From Girardia tigrina (taxonomy: Eukaryota), in assembly GCA_001938485.1 (NCBI GenBank), contig MQRK01179601.1, positions 1 to 60,645 of the forward strand: a DNA stretch of 60,645 nt, in the 5' to 3' direction. How positions within the stretch are numbered: position 1 is the first letter of the stretch; every line of letters begins with the position of its first letter. A model generated the notes under the pieces. That model did no database searches. It had not been told where the DNA came from and worked only from the letters and a program-made list of their open reading frames with translations. Made by a program: the position numbers and the translations under genes. Shown here in pieces: positions 12,075 to 24,999 of this stretch.

Positions 12075-14879
12075 ACGAGCGTTCAAGAATGTTACTACTA
12101 AAAGGGATCGTGATATATTCAAGAAAACAGACTATTTTATTTTAATTTATTTTTATTATTTTTCTTTTTTAGTCTAATATTTTACTTTGATTTGTTTTTT
12201 ATTTTAACTTTTCCAAATATTTCTAATTATTTATCGAAGGAAATTTCTGAACATTTCGATTTGCTTTAACAGCAAACTGTAAAGAAATATTTCAAGAAAG
12301 GTAATGAAATCGCTAATTAAAACAATGAAGAGTGAATAAATTATTAAATCGTTTGTCATATTCATTAATATATAATGTATCTCTGGGAAAATTGTCACAA
12401 CCCTTGTAAAGTATTGCATCTGGATAAGCAGAAGAATGTCGCCAGATTGTTTTAATATTTAACTAACGTTTTATTTTGCTAATAAGAAATTCTGTTAAAT
12501 TGTTCATATTTTATTAATAAAAACATATAAATTTTATTAAAGTCGAATTAATATTAAATTTTGTTTTACTTTGAATCACATTACAATTATTTGTTTCATT
12601 CGGAATACATTAACTTTAATTAACGCAATTCAACATTAATTTTTCTTTTTATGTAAAAATACTACTAATAATATTTACATTATAACTTATGATAAAAGGT
12701 TTATTATTAATTTGTTTTTCTAACACTTGCATTATATTATTTAATTATACTTATTATTATTCCTATTTCTTCAATAATAGGTAAAACATTTGAAGAGAGA
12801 AATATTGCGAAAAAATAATAAAATAATATATTGTAATATTTATAATTTAAAGTAACTATAATTATAATATTTTTAAACCTCAATAATATGGAAAAAAATT
12901 TCAATTGCTTTTAAATTGTCAATACAAAAGTTTTTTTTATTTTATATGAAACTCATTTATTTGTATAATTAAATTATTATTATAAAATCTTGTACAAAAA
13001 TACTTGTCTCATTATTTTTCATATCTAACAAAATTAACTATTTGGAAAAAATATCTGCTTCAAAAATAACTATTGTTTAATTGAAAATTGAAAACAATTG
13101 AAAATTAGTGTAACTTTTAAAAATTGCTGAACTATAAAGAATTATGTCTCGATTTGGTCGTTTGTTTTTGATGTAAGGTCATCAGTAATGTTGTTTTGAC
13201 TTCATTCACGAGTCACAGTGCGACCGAATGATGTTGTGTTGACTGGCGGTTGGATTCGTTTTCTGACATGACTCATTAGTCCATTTGCACGAGGCTTCAG
13301 GATCGATTACGATGACTCACACCGGTACCTTAGATGCATCAAGTACTATACGTAATTACTAATTTTGAAAACAGACATGCAATACTGGGGAGCTCATCAA
13401 ACCTTGTTGAGGAAGACTGCTATCCGAGACTGCATCGACCGGATTCGACTGATACGGGCCGGTCACAGGTAGTAATTCGACGAATAAGAAACCGCTGAAG
13501 TAAAACGGTTCGAGAAAGCCACTCAGTCCATCGTTGGCGAACCCATGCGTGATTAAATGGTATGAGGATCGATCAAAGTCAGAATCGCCATCCTCCACAG
13601 AAATAATCAAAACCTAATTTATTTTTCTCATAACCATTTTTTCCTATTAAGTCCATCTAAAAACATTTGAGAAAATCTTTAAAAGTTAAAGCAATACCCC
13701 AAATTAGCAATGTAGTAATAAGTCTGATCATTATGTACTACAATAATAGCGAATCTATGACACGATTGTCAGTATTCATATTATGAGCTCTTGCATCTCT
13801 AAAGATATGAAATTTCATAATTCAAATATCTGTCTCTTATAACAGCTAGAGTTAGTTATTGAAACTATTATTATTTCGGTCAAATGGCACTTTCTGGGAA
13901 TAGCCAAATGACTTATTTTTAATTAATTTATTGTAAATATTTTCATTAATCTTAATTCGAATTAATATAAACATATCATTTAATTTGAAACAATACACTG
14001 TTTTATTAGTGAAAAATATTCATGTTCCAAATATTAAATTCTTTTATTTATCTTATATAATAATACAATTTAAGACTATTTTATGGTTAAGTTTAATGCA
14101 CTGATCAGTAGTTTTCATGGTTCCCCAGGTCGCTCTGAGAGAAATGTTAAAAAAATGAATTACTTGATCATTAATTAAAATTTTAATGAGTACTTTTAAA
14201 ATATGTCATTTTAAAGGTTCCCACGATGTATATTTGGGACATTAATACTTACGTTAATAATATTTAGTAATTTAATTATGAAACCAGAGGTGCATTTACA
14301 AGTATAATAATATTATGTAACAAATATACATTAAAAACATTAAAATGCATTGTTTCAATTTTATTAAATCGTTTTCCGAATAAAAATGAGTACATCTACG
14401 AAACAGGAATTGTGAGGTCTTGGAACAGATTACGTGACACTTATATGTGAGAAATATTTTAAATTGTTTGAATGTGTGAATGTATTGATGCTATATGTTG
14501 ATTTGAGTTTGTTGAAATTAGAATAGTGATTCTCACGCCTAAATGGAAATTGGTATTTTTTTAAATTTAAAACGATTGACTATTCGAACATAAATAAAAT
14601 AATAATTTGATAAGTTTATATTTTTTAGATTAAAAATTTAAATTAAGTTTAATTTTTTTAAAAAAATGTAGTGATCTTCTCAATCAACCAAAAAAATCCT
14701 ATTCGAAAAATCGGATTAGAAATAAAAGGCCGGGAAAAATCAAAAATAATAAAAACAATAACCTTATGAAAATTGTTATGTTGTTGTTTAATTGTATTAA
14801 TTGAAAAATAAAATATATTGCACAACATGGTCTCTTCTTCGATTTGATTCAATATTAAACACTCTATGCTATTTTTTAA

Positions 14880-16260
14880 ACAACATTCTCACCGCGGGCG
14901 TGAGTTTACCGCATGGTCCGTCTCACCAGATGTCGCTACACTTCACGGTTGCTGTCTACTGCAATCTCACCGTTCCATTCCGTCGGGTTCTAACCGTTAG
15001 CCTCAGAACACAGGTTGTCCCTACCGATATTCAGAATTCGCGCCGGGTCTGCGCGCTCCGTCCCTGGTGGGTCACCCGATCGCTAAATCCACCAGAGCGC
15101 TCCTCTCGACAGCCGGTATCAATTCGGTTGATAAGATGTCGGGGATTGAGACCCCCACCGAACAGTCGACAGGGTGATCGATCGACGGTCCCGTTGATCC
15201 GGACGTTGGGGCCGATCGACCGAAAGAACCGATGATGGACTGGCTGCACCAACGACTTGTGTCGGTACCTCCCATTCGCCATTGACTGGATCTTTCGTAT
15301 TGACCCGGTGCGACAACTGCCGAGCTATTTACCTCAATTTGAGGTTCTACGACCGTGTCCCATTCACAATTTCTGGCCATGCTCTTGATGATACTGCACG
15401 CCGGCCATAACCAACTAGAGACCGGGTAATGTCCCACCAACCGACCGGTCCACGCGAATAAATTGCAGCTAGGGACTTGCTCTGGCATTGGTGGACCTTC
15501 TCCGTCACGGCGCCACAGAAATTTCCCGCCTTCGTCCACCTTAACCGAGAGACCCAACATACGACCGCTGTCTATGGGAACTGGATCTTTTGCCTGTAAT
15601 CCGAAACACTAAAACAGTTTTAGAACTCGATTTACTGACAAATCCGTGACATTGACTGCGATGTCATTGTAGTAAGCGTCTGTGTTCGCCTTCACCACCC
15701 GATCTGACCCCAACACGTGTGATAGAATTTTCTGCATTATTTTTAGGGCTACACTCAATCCGAATCCGAGCCTGGTTAGATGGTAAGATCTATTCCGATG
15801 TTGTACCAATTGGTAAGCCCACAAGGATTGCTTGACCTTGATTTGTAGATAAGCTCGCCCGCAGCAGATCCACAACAACTAGGTTTCGTCCCATTCGGCG
15901 CCATTTTTTCATCTTTTCAGCGCACACCAGACTTTCAGCTGTATGACTTGAGATTGACTCGTTGAGCTCCCGGGAGTCAAGGAATGGTCAAACCTTCGCT
16001 TTTCCTTCTTGAAACACTGCCATAAGGGGCAGAGTCGGCTGCCGGTGTCTTTCACATTCCACCCTCCATCCGTTCGCTTTCCAGTCTTCGAACTCAGCAC
16101 CGACTTCTAATTCATGCGCCCGGGTGGATTTATATTCCGACACACTGTTGCGAATCGAACACCGCCCTTCAATGCATTAGTCTGGATTCCCAGTTTATCC
16201 AATGAGTCGCTATCTGGTGCTGCAGAAGCGGCAGCAAATGGTGCTCTATGACTGCCTCCC
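14880..16260 (-). mobile_element. degenerate Ty3/Gypsy pol relic (RT and connection region)
   Basis: Reads NSVSEY...LPLMAVFQEGKAKV*PFLDSRELN, AYLQIKV...YHLTRLGFGLS...AYYNDIAVN (degenerate YIDD) and GRLVGHYPVSSWL. There are multiple stops and frameshifts. Confidence 0.88.
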
Positions 16261-16915
16261 GACTCACGCTGCGCTTGTTGCAGTCATCGTGAGACGGCAT
16301 CGAGATCTTACGATTATTTGCGGACTCATATTTGAGTATATCAGTCTAATACACGGGCCGGAAGACGTTGAAAACTGGGTGGACGAGAAAATTCGACAAG
16401 GAGCGCTCGGACGGAACCAGCGGGCGGCAACACTAGAGGCTGTCCTCTGATCGGCTAATTGCGGTAGCTGAGGGACGAGCTCAACCGGACGATCAAGAAG
16501 ACAAGGGATGACCAAGGAGGAGTTGCGCGATTCGGGCTGCACGTGATGAAGAAACTGGTTAATATTATCGGGAAGGCGGTCATCACGATGAACGCGGCGA
16601 CCGTGCTGTGCGACGGGAGCACCCTGCAAAGTGACTGATGGTACTGGCAGACAAGCAGCAAGAGGCAGGCGAGACAACCAATCTGGTGGCGGTACTAGCG
16701 AGCGTGCCACTTAGCGGAGAAACAGATTCGAGTGCGACTCCCATGCCGGAGAATCATGAGGCTGTCACAATAAAATTTTTTGGCTACAGTGAGAGCCGAA
16801 TTAAAATTTGGGAACAGACCGAACTCGGTGTCCTGTCTAAGGACCGCAAATTAAGTTGACTTGCCCCCTTGCTGATGCAGGGAATGTGCCTTGATTGCAG
16901 GGGGCGTGTGATGTA
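16261..16915 (+). mobile_element. possible LTR-element fragment in the opposite orientation (gag-like piece and PPT/LTR-like junction)
   Basis: GC-rich; HGPEDVENWV resembles a gag N-terminal motif; AGGGGGCG-TGTGATG at ~16899-16913 resembles a PPT followed by an LTR start. Confidence 0.35.
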
Positions 16916-17744
16916 TTTGTTTAAATCGGTTGTTTGCTGATTCAGTTTTTGTTTAAAAAATAACTTGTGCGCTATTCAAAAATGGTATCTATGAAATTAA
17001 TAATATCAAATTGAACTCGCAGAATGTTTATTTTAAATAAAATCTGATTACATTTTATTACCAATTTAAACAAATGAATTAAAATCAGTTATAATAAATT
17101 CCATTAATTAAAATAAACAATTTTGTTTTAATAATAAGTTAAGTTAAATACTTTTCAGATATATATATATATAGACTGATAATTGTAATTTTAATAAAAT
17201 CTCAATAAAAGAATTTATATTCACCAGTAATAATAAGAAAGGCGTCTCTTAATAAATTTCCTTTTAAAATAAATTTTCTAAATACTTTTCAATCATTTTT
17301 GATTGATTATTATCATAAAATCAATGAAGGAATTTGTATTTATATTTTATATATTTATTATCTGAAAAAAATAAGTGTAAAATAAATAATTTTATTTTTT
17401 AAATTCCAATATTTGGTTTTTAATCATTTTGTCTTTAGTTTTTCAGAAGTGAGTGTTATTTTAAAAAAAGAGAATGTCTCCATAGAATTGATTAAAACAA
17501 ACAATTATTGTAATTGTTTAACTGATTGGATAAACATAATGAAATGATTGCGGTCATGAATCCTTGAGAGAACACTTGAAAAATGATTACAAATTTCTAA
17601 TTTATAATATCTCTGAAAAGAAAAATAAAATTATATAAAAAGAATAAATTTTTAATAAAATATTTTAACGTTTTAATTTATTAATAAAGTAATGAATAAA
17701 CAAGAATAAAATTCTTTTAATAATATTTTATTTATAATGTACTA

Positions 17745-18881
17745 TTAGGTTGTCAAGTATGAAATTGGCAGACATGATTACAATAAATTGAAATAGATAT
17801 ACTTTGGCAATGCTTTTTGTTGCTCAGTTGTTTTGTTTGATTGCTACATATCTTGGCTATTGAACACATCAATAAAAACTAATTAAAATATTAATAACTT
17901 GTTTTAGTAATCAGTACTTTAAAAGGGTAAAAGGCAGAAATTCGAACTATTATGAAATACAAGGTCTTATTTAGAAACCATTCGAAACATCAACCGAGTT
18001 TTCGGTTCTATTCTACTAAGCAATAGACAATTTCATATTTGTTCCGAAAATTTGTGAAAGGTAATTTAAACCTCAATAATGAGGCTCGGGTCATACAGGA
18101 ACGCAGGTAGACAATATCGAACTGAAGGTAACTGATGAGTCGGATCCATAAAAAAAGTGCTCATGTTTTATTGCTAACGTTTGTTGTTACAAAGCAAACA
18201 ATTTGAATTATTTGGCTCAAATTGCTAAACTAAAAAGTTGGATAAGTGGATTCCAAATGAGTTGAATAGAAAGCAGAAGCAAAAGCTTTAAATACTTGCT
18301 TGATGCTGCTTTCTCGTTGTAAATGTGATGATGTTTTACATTGGATTGTCACTGAAATGAAAATGTGATCCAATATTATAATCGTTAACGTTTAAGATTC
18401 TGAATGGACACAAAGAAAGCATCAAAACCCAATATAAAGCACCATATTCATCAAAGAAAGTTGATGTTAAGTGTTTGGTGATCTGTCGCAGGTGTAATAT
18501 GACTTAATGAAGCCTTATTCATCAATCACGCAGATGTCTACTGCAACCAATTGAAAGATATGATGAGGAAACTCAAAGAAAAACAGTCGTATTTGGTAAA
18601 CATGTCGATTTCCATCTTTCTCCCATACAATGTAAAACCCCATTTACTTTTGATAAGTAAAAAATTCAATTCTGAAGACAGCGTAAAAATGGCCTTCCAG
18701 GAATTTATTGATTCTCTCCCCCAAATTTTTATTCCAATGGCCTCAACAAGCTGCCGCTCAAATAATAAAAGTATGTCTATAATATGGATGAATACATTAA
18801 TGAATGACATAAAAATTTCTATTGGAAAATTATCAATTGACTTTGACTTCATTTGAACATATTTCATACTTGACGACCTAG
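17745..18881 (+). mobile_element. degenerate near-full-length mariner
   Basis: TIRs TTAGGTTGTCAAGTATGAAAT / ATTTCATACTTGACGACCTAG with TA TSDs. Relic motifs include WIPNE, IVTE, LMLSVW and VKMAFQEFIDS. Confidence 0.92.
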
Positions 18882-19339
18882 TAATTTCAATACTTATATT
18901 TTGATGTAAATGTATTATTATATATTTGAATTTGAATTTAAAGATATAAAATTATTCAATATTATCATTAAATAAAAATTATTTAAAATATAATTTAGTT
19001 GTTTTAAAACAGTTTCACAGAAAAATATTTAACAAAAATTTATAAGAAAAGATAATTTATATTTTTTCTGTCTATAATATTATTTTTAAATGTTTTTAAA
19101 TTTATGCGTGATTGGTTAGGAAATTATTTTTTTCCTAAGAAAATATAATAAACAAAATAAATAATTTAATAATTTCAATAATTTTAGAGAAATTAAAATT
19201 TTATATTTCATTATTTCATTAGACAATTTTATCAATTCAGTATAATTTGATTTTCCTCTACATTTATTATTTTTGTTATATTTTATTAATTATTTTTTCA
19301 AATATAATAAAATTGAAGTATAATATAAATGGTTTTTTT

Positions 19340-19570
19340 AATCAAATAAATATATTTTAACAAGTTTAACTTTCTAGCACCATTTAGTCTTCTTTTTGTT
19401 TTCAATAACGTTTTAAGAAGTAATAATTTTAAATTTGAAAAAATTATATTCTTACATGCCCGCTTGGTTGCATCAATGACTGAACTCACAGCATTATTCA
19501 AAATGTTAATTCATATGTTTTAATACCATTCAAGAGTTTCTTTCTAATTCTGACGGGTATAAAAATTTTG
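19340..19570 (-). mobile_element. highly degenerate hAT dimerisation-domain relic
   Basis: FSNLKLLLLKTLLKTKRRLNG resembles the hAT consensus FSKLKLIKTYLR...ERLNG. Confidence 0.35.
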
Positions 19571-19883
19571 TGGAAGCACTTTTGTAAAATAACTAAAAAC
19601 TAAGGGATTGTCTTTGATAAAGCTACTTCCATAGCAGTTTTAAATCAGTTATTTTACGTTATATGTAATAGTTATATTTACTGTTAGAAATGTTTAGAAA
19701 ATGTTTTTAAAAATTTTGAAATAATAGTTGAATTAAAAGTAGAATTTTAAATTTCGAAAAATCAAGAACTAAATAAAGTTTATGTTAAACATAATAAAAT
19801 TTCAGAAGTTTATTAAAAGAAAATGAAATTATTTAATCGTCGGAAATTAAAAAAAATAAAATGAATTATCAATATATTTATTA

Positions 19884-21175
19884 CAGGGTTTGTCAGCACA
19901 TTTCAGAATGACATCATCACATTTAAGATTTTTGTAAATCAATTTAAGAATTTTGTACATCCGTTTAAGAAATGGAAAATCAATTTAAGAATTTTGTAAA
20001 TCAGTTTAAGAATTTTGTATTTCCATTTAAGAAATTCGTCAATTCATTTATGACTTTGTGTAAATANNNNNNNNNNNNNNNNNNNNNNNNNNNNNNNNNN
20101 NNNNNNNNNNNNNNNNNNNNNNNNNNNNNNNNNNNNNNNNNNNNNNNNNNNNNNNNNNNNNNNNNNNNNNNNNNNNNNNNNNNNNNNNNNNNNNNNNNNN
20201 NNNNNNNNNNNNNNNNNNNNNNNNNNNNNNNNNNNNNNNNNNNNNNNNNNNNNNNNNNNNNNNNNNNNNNNNNNNNNNNNNNNNNNNNNNNNNNNNNNNN
20301 NNNNNNNNNNNNNNNNNNNNNNNNNNNNNNNNNNNNNNNNNNNNNNNNNNNNNNNNNNNNNNNNNNNNNNNNNNNNNNNNNNNNNNNNNNNNNNNNNNNN
20401 NNNNNNNNNNNNNNNNNNNNNNNNNNNNNNNNNNNNNNNNNNNNNNNNNNNNNNNNNNNNNNNNNNNNNNTACTTCTAATAGAAACATTAAAACCAACTT
20501 CATCAACGAAAAATAAATTATTTTCATCAAGATTGGATAAAATGTCCATGAATTTATTCGCATAATCGTATCTTTCATTCAAGGACTTCACATCATTTCT
20601 ACGTTCAGGGATTAATGTATATTGCAGACTTTAAGGTATAATTAAAGCAACCAATATATCTGTCAATTGTTTTCAGACAGACAGCAACATTAAATTTTGA
20701 ACGCAAAAGTCCTTGAATGTGCTGAAGAGTAATTCCGCAATTTTCATCAATCCATGATTTAATGGCATCAACATGGTCTTCGGTTAAAGCTTTTCTTCTT
20801 GGTCCTCCTTTCAGTCTTTGTTCGATCCTATTTTCTTTCTTGTAGACCTGAATAATCGAATACACTGTTTTATACTTCAAATTAAGAATTGAAGCAATTT
20901 CGATAACTGAATGGTTCGTCATATACGGTCAATAATCATTTTCCTTATTTCATTACAAACTGCCATATCTAAAGAAAATATATATGTAGTAAAAAATAAA
21001 AAACAGTTTACTCAACTTTAAAAATTTAAATAATTATAATTGTAAACTAAATGTATATTTAAACAAATTCCTAAATTGACTTACAAAATTCTTAAATTGA
21101 TTGTCAAAATTCTTAAACGGATTTACAAATTCTGACGTTGAATTACAATTTTCTGAAATGTGCAGACAAACCCTG
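19884..21175 (-). mobile_element. Tc1/IS630-like DNA transposon (frameshifted; catalytic region in an N gap)
   Basis: TIRs CAGGGTTTGTC(A/T)GCACATTTCAGAA with TA TSDs, and 21-bp subterminal tandem repeats at both ends. HTH ORF 20605..20922 (GGPRRK...ENCGITL) is followed by LFFVDEVGFN, the first catalytic Asp. Confidence 0.93.
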
Positions 21176-21663
21176 TATACTGATTTTTGAGTTTCTCAGA
21201 ACGAAAAGAATAAATGAATTTAATTTCGATTAAATTTGTTTAAATAGTGTTAGTACATTTTTTATTAATAAAAACTAGAAAATGGATGTCGTCTTTTAAT
21301 ATCAATAATGTGGGATTTGTTTTAAACATATCTAAAATTTTCCATTAAAAATTAAGAAAAGAAACATATATAAAATGCTATAACTGAAATAGTGTTGTCT
21401 TTGAGTTATCTCGCGAAATTTTGTCCCTTTTTGCTGAGGTTCAACCGTGGGATCATGGTAAAAAGTTGAACTATTCACATCGGCTTTAAATGTATTCAGC
21501 AAGCAGTTTGGTGCTTAATACTGAATCCTGATAGTTCGCTGTTTCCAAACCTAATACTGAAAAAATGTTGTTTTTTTGAACGGGAAAATTTTACAAAAGT
21601 ACAAAACACAACGAGCCCAGTGATGTTTTGACCACCAAATTGTTCTGCGGCGACCGGCACAGC

Positions 21664-21952
21664 TTATTTGTGTGGAGACTCGTTGGTGGGCGTGATCGGT
21701 CTGATCCACGTGGGTGTGTGATGGTACTGCAACCGGTCTCCAAAGTTTTCCCGAAGAGTTTCACCAAGTACGCAGCGATCGATGCTGTTCAGAACGGTGC
21801 AGATTGCAGTCGGCAAAGTCTCGTCACTTGAATCGATCCCATCGGCGGCGTCGTGTCGATCGGTTGTCCATTCGATGATTCTGAGTGAATCGTCTGGGTA
21901 GTGGTCTGTCGAATGAGGAATTGGTAGATCCGGCCCGACCGATTTCGTCTGT
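21664..21952 (-). CDS. candidate terminal exon of an unidentified host gene
   Basis: CpG-rich open frame after ...ccgtAG, ending in TAA. It is phase-compatible with the 45-bp candidate exon at 22845-22889; no recognisable domain. Confidence 0.35.
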
Positions 21953-22844
21953 CTACGGATCACAAATGGTCGTATGAGATCAAAAAAATTAAAATGGTTT
22001 AAAAACATTTTTAATTCAAATTATTACAGATTCGAATTGTGAAAGATGCTACAGTTTAGCAAAACAAATACAATTAAAAAATTAGTTGTTTTTTAATATT
22101 AATTTTAGAGAAGCACCACACACAGAAAATCAATATATTTTTGAAAATTTCTCTTGAAAAAGACATAACCAAATAGATTATAATTAGTTAGGAATCTTAT
22201 GACATTGTTTATGAAAAAATACTAAATATAGAAAAAAGTTTTGACAATTAGAAAATACAAATTATAATCGCAACCCTAAAACAACTGTCTATTTAATTTA
22301 TAAAAAAATATGTGGATAATCGTGAAATTGGATTTTTCATAAAAAAAGGACTAATTTGTGGGTTAGTTAGTAAATCCTTTATTTGATTCATGAATTCTCA
22401 TAAATTACATGACTATGTAAACTTTTAATTAAGTTCAACCGCTGAAATTAGATAAAAAATCTTTTGTGAGATTTGCGGCAAATAAACAATCAAACAAAAC
22501 AAACGAAGTGAGTTAAAGCAAGGGTGATTATAATATTTTATGAATAATATTATAAATTTCTCAGTTAAAAATGACAAATATTTACCTAATACTAATCAAT
22601 TATTTATTTAAATAATTAATTTTTTTGTCTCCTAACAATCTTCAAATCCAATTTTATAAATTAAAATCTAAAATCAAATCAAAGACTTTATTGTTTGATT
22701 AAAATCAATTTTTAGTAAAAAAATCACAAAAAAATTGAAAAGAAAGACAGAGATCAGAGCTTGTCAGTTTTATCAGTCTATGCATAAAATATGAAAATAT
22801 TAATTTAATAATTTAATTTAACTTTTTTTTTCAGAGAAGCATAC

Positions 22845-22889
22845 GGTTTGATGTACGTGAGATCAATAACCACAGCGTCATACACTTGC
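22845..22889 (-). CDS. candidate 45-bp internal exon (QVYDAVVIDLTYIKP)
   Basis: atatAG|...|GTATGC boundaries. An alternative plus-strand acceptor (tttttttcAG at 22834) makes the strand ambiguous. Confidence 0.25.
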
Positions 22890-23996
22890 CTATATTAATT
22901 AACTGATAATCATTTCAAATTTATTTCAAGATTCCTTTTTTCTAGAATGAATATATTCAATAAAATATTTTAAGAGAAAAAGGCAAAATTAAAAAAATAG
23001 ATTTATTAAATAATCATTTATTAGAAAAATAATTTTTAATATTCTATTAATTTTATAATACTTTTAAAATAATTATATTTCTGTATTATTATTTTATATT
23101 AATATTTTTTACTATTTTTTATGATTATTACAAATTTTTATTTAGAATAAATGTAATTTTAATATTATACGTAAATTATATCAAATTTTCAAATAATTAT
23201 AATAAACAGTGGCGGTTGCTCAATAAAAAACAATTTGCATGCAAAATATAATTTTTTGAAAAATTTTTAAATTTATATAAAGATTAAATCAATTCTTTGA
23301 AAATTTCTGCAAAGATTTTAATTTAAACTAAATTAATAAAAAACTTTTCTTTTAGATTGTTTTTCTCCGCTTTTAATAACGAGTTTGGATAAAAATCTAA
23401 TAATTATTAAAATGAATTCTCAATCTCTGATCACATTGAGAGGAAGAAGCAAAATTGTTTTATCATTCTATAAACAGGAAGACGGATAATAAAAAGAGAA
23501 ATTACTAATATAATAAAGTAGAAATCACTTTTAACAAAAGAATCGCACCAAAGTTTTTATTTTCTCTCATTTGAATTAATTGTAATTTAAAATATCTTTA
23601 ATTGAGAACCTTTTTCAATCTAAACTGACAAAATTTTCGTGTTCAGTTATTATCACTACATTGTCTAAAGCAGGTCTGCTTGAACTTTTTGTATTAAATA
23701 TTGAACTTTTGGATCAAACTACCTCGAAATCTACCCATTAAAAAAGTCCAGATGTTTAATTAATTCAACTTTAATTTATTTTACTTCATTTTAACATTAA
23801 AAAAATATCTACAAAAAGAAAAACAACATAAAAAACAATTTCAAATAAATAAAAAACAATTAATATCATAACACTAACAAAAATTAGATCTATATCTGAA
23901 TGAAGGTTCAAAAGTACTAGATCAAATATTTCATATTTGCTTCTTCCTAATACCAAGTGTATCAATGAGAATCATTTTACTTTAATCACCAATCTG

Positions 23997-24540
23997 TAGG
24001 GCTGGCAATCCCGATCAATTTTACAATCCGGGGATTACGGGATTGTATTTTTTGTAATCCCAGGATTGATATATTTATACCTGGTTTTCATTTCATAAAG
24101 CAGTTTATACTATCGGACACCCACTAATCAAACTACTCTTTTTTATTAAGACAAATAACACTTAATCAGTAATAAATTTAATTTAAAATATTATAAACAC
24201 AGCATCATAAATTAAATGAATAACATTTATTCAAGAAAACATTTAATTTACCAACATTTACAAGAAACGCAACACAATATAAACATATTTCGCAGTTCAT
24301 TAAATATCCTCTTTTCCCAACTTGTTCTGCAAAAATAAGCTCCTCATCATCATACCCATCAAATCAGATTCTAAAATCGTTGTTTTCGGCTTCGTTGACA
24401 ACAAGATAGCTTCTATCAATCTCTCTTCAATCAAAATCTGAGGAATTACCTGATTTATTTCAGTCTCGATAATGCCTTTGTTGATGATATTGATGATGAT
24501 GATGATACATTTCTGCTAGTGAAATACCTGTCGTGGCTTG
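23997..24540 (-). mobile_element. degenerate hAT 3' end
   Basis: Terminus TAGGGCTGGCAATCCCG with AATCCC/GGGATT subterminal motifs; relic peptide EELIFAEQVGKRGYL. Confidence 0.55.
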
Positions 24541-24960
24541 ATTTGTACTATTCATCATAAATTCCATTTCTGACAATACTTCTGTCTAATCTTTTATTCT
24601 AATATTAAAAGCATCTATAATTGTTCTAAATTGTCGTTCTATAATTCCATTGGTATTGTGGTGATACGGGCTTGAATAAAATACTTCTATTGTAAACTTC
24701 TTCAGCGTTTCTTTGAATTGTACTGATTCGAATGTTTTGCCTTTATCCAGATGGATTTCTTTAGGTGCTCCATATTTATATAATCATTTATCCAGTAATG
24801 TTTTCCGTAGTGTTTTTTCGTCTTGGTAGGCAACTGCACTCAGACTAATATATCGACTAAATTGATCAATTATTGCCAAAATATATTGGTATCATTAACA
24901 TTTCTCTTGAATGGACCACAAAAGTCTATATAGATATCCAAAATAGAATTTTCCAAAAAG
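24530..24960 (-). mobile_element. Gypsy integrase (rve core) fragment
   Basis: Reads IDFCGPF...DQFSRY...YGAPKEIHLDKGKTFES...SPYHHNTNGIIERQFRTI, with stops. Confidence 0.92.
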
Positions 24961-24999
24961 AATTTGTAGTTTATAGTATTTTTATAGACGAAAAATATC

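Noticed and set aside
13140-13190. Minus-strand CTGATGA...GAGAC hammerhead-like motif
   Set aside because: No stem II and no GAAA.
18132-18150. CTGATGAGTC motif
   Set aside because: It lies inside mariner transposase coding sequence and has no downstream GAAA or stem.
23410-23980. Degenerate inverted repeat (GGAAGAAGCAAA / TTTGCTTCTTCC) suggesting an old MITE
   Set aside because: The arms are too decayed and no TSD could be defined, so it is not reported as a feature.
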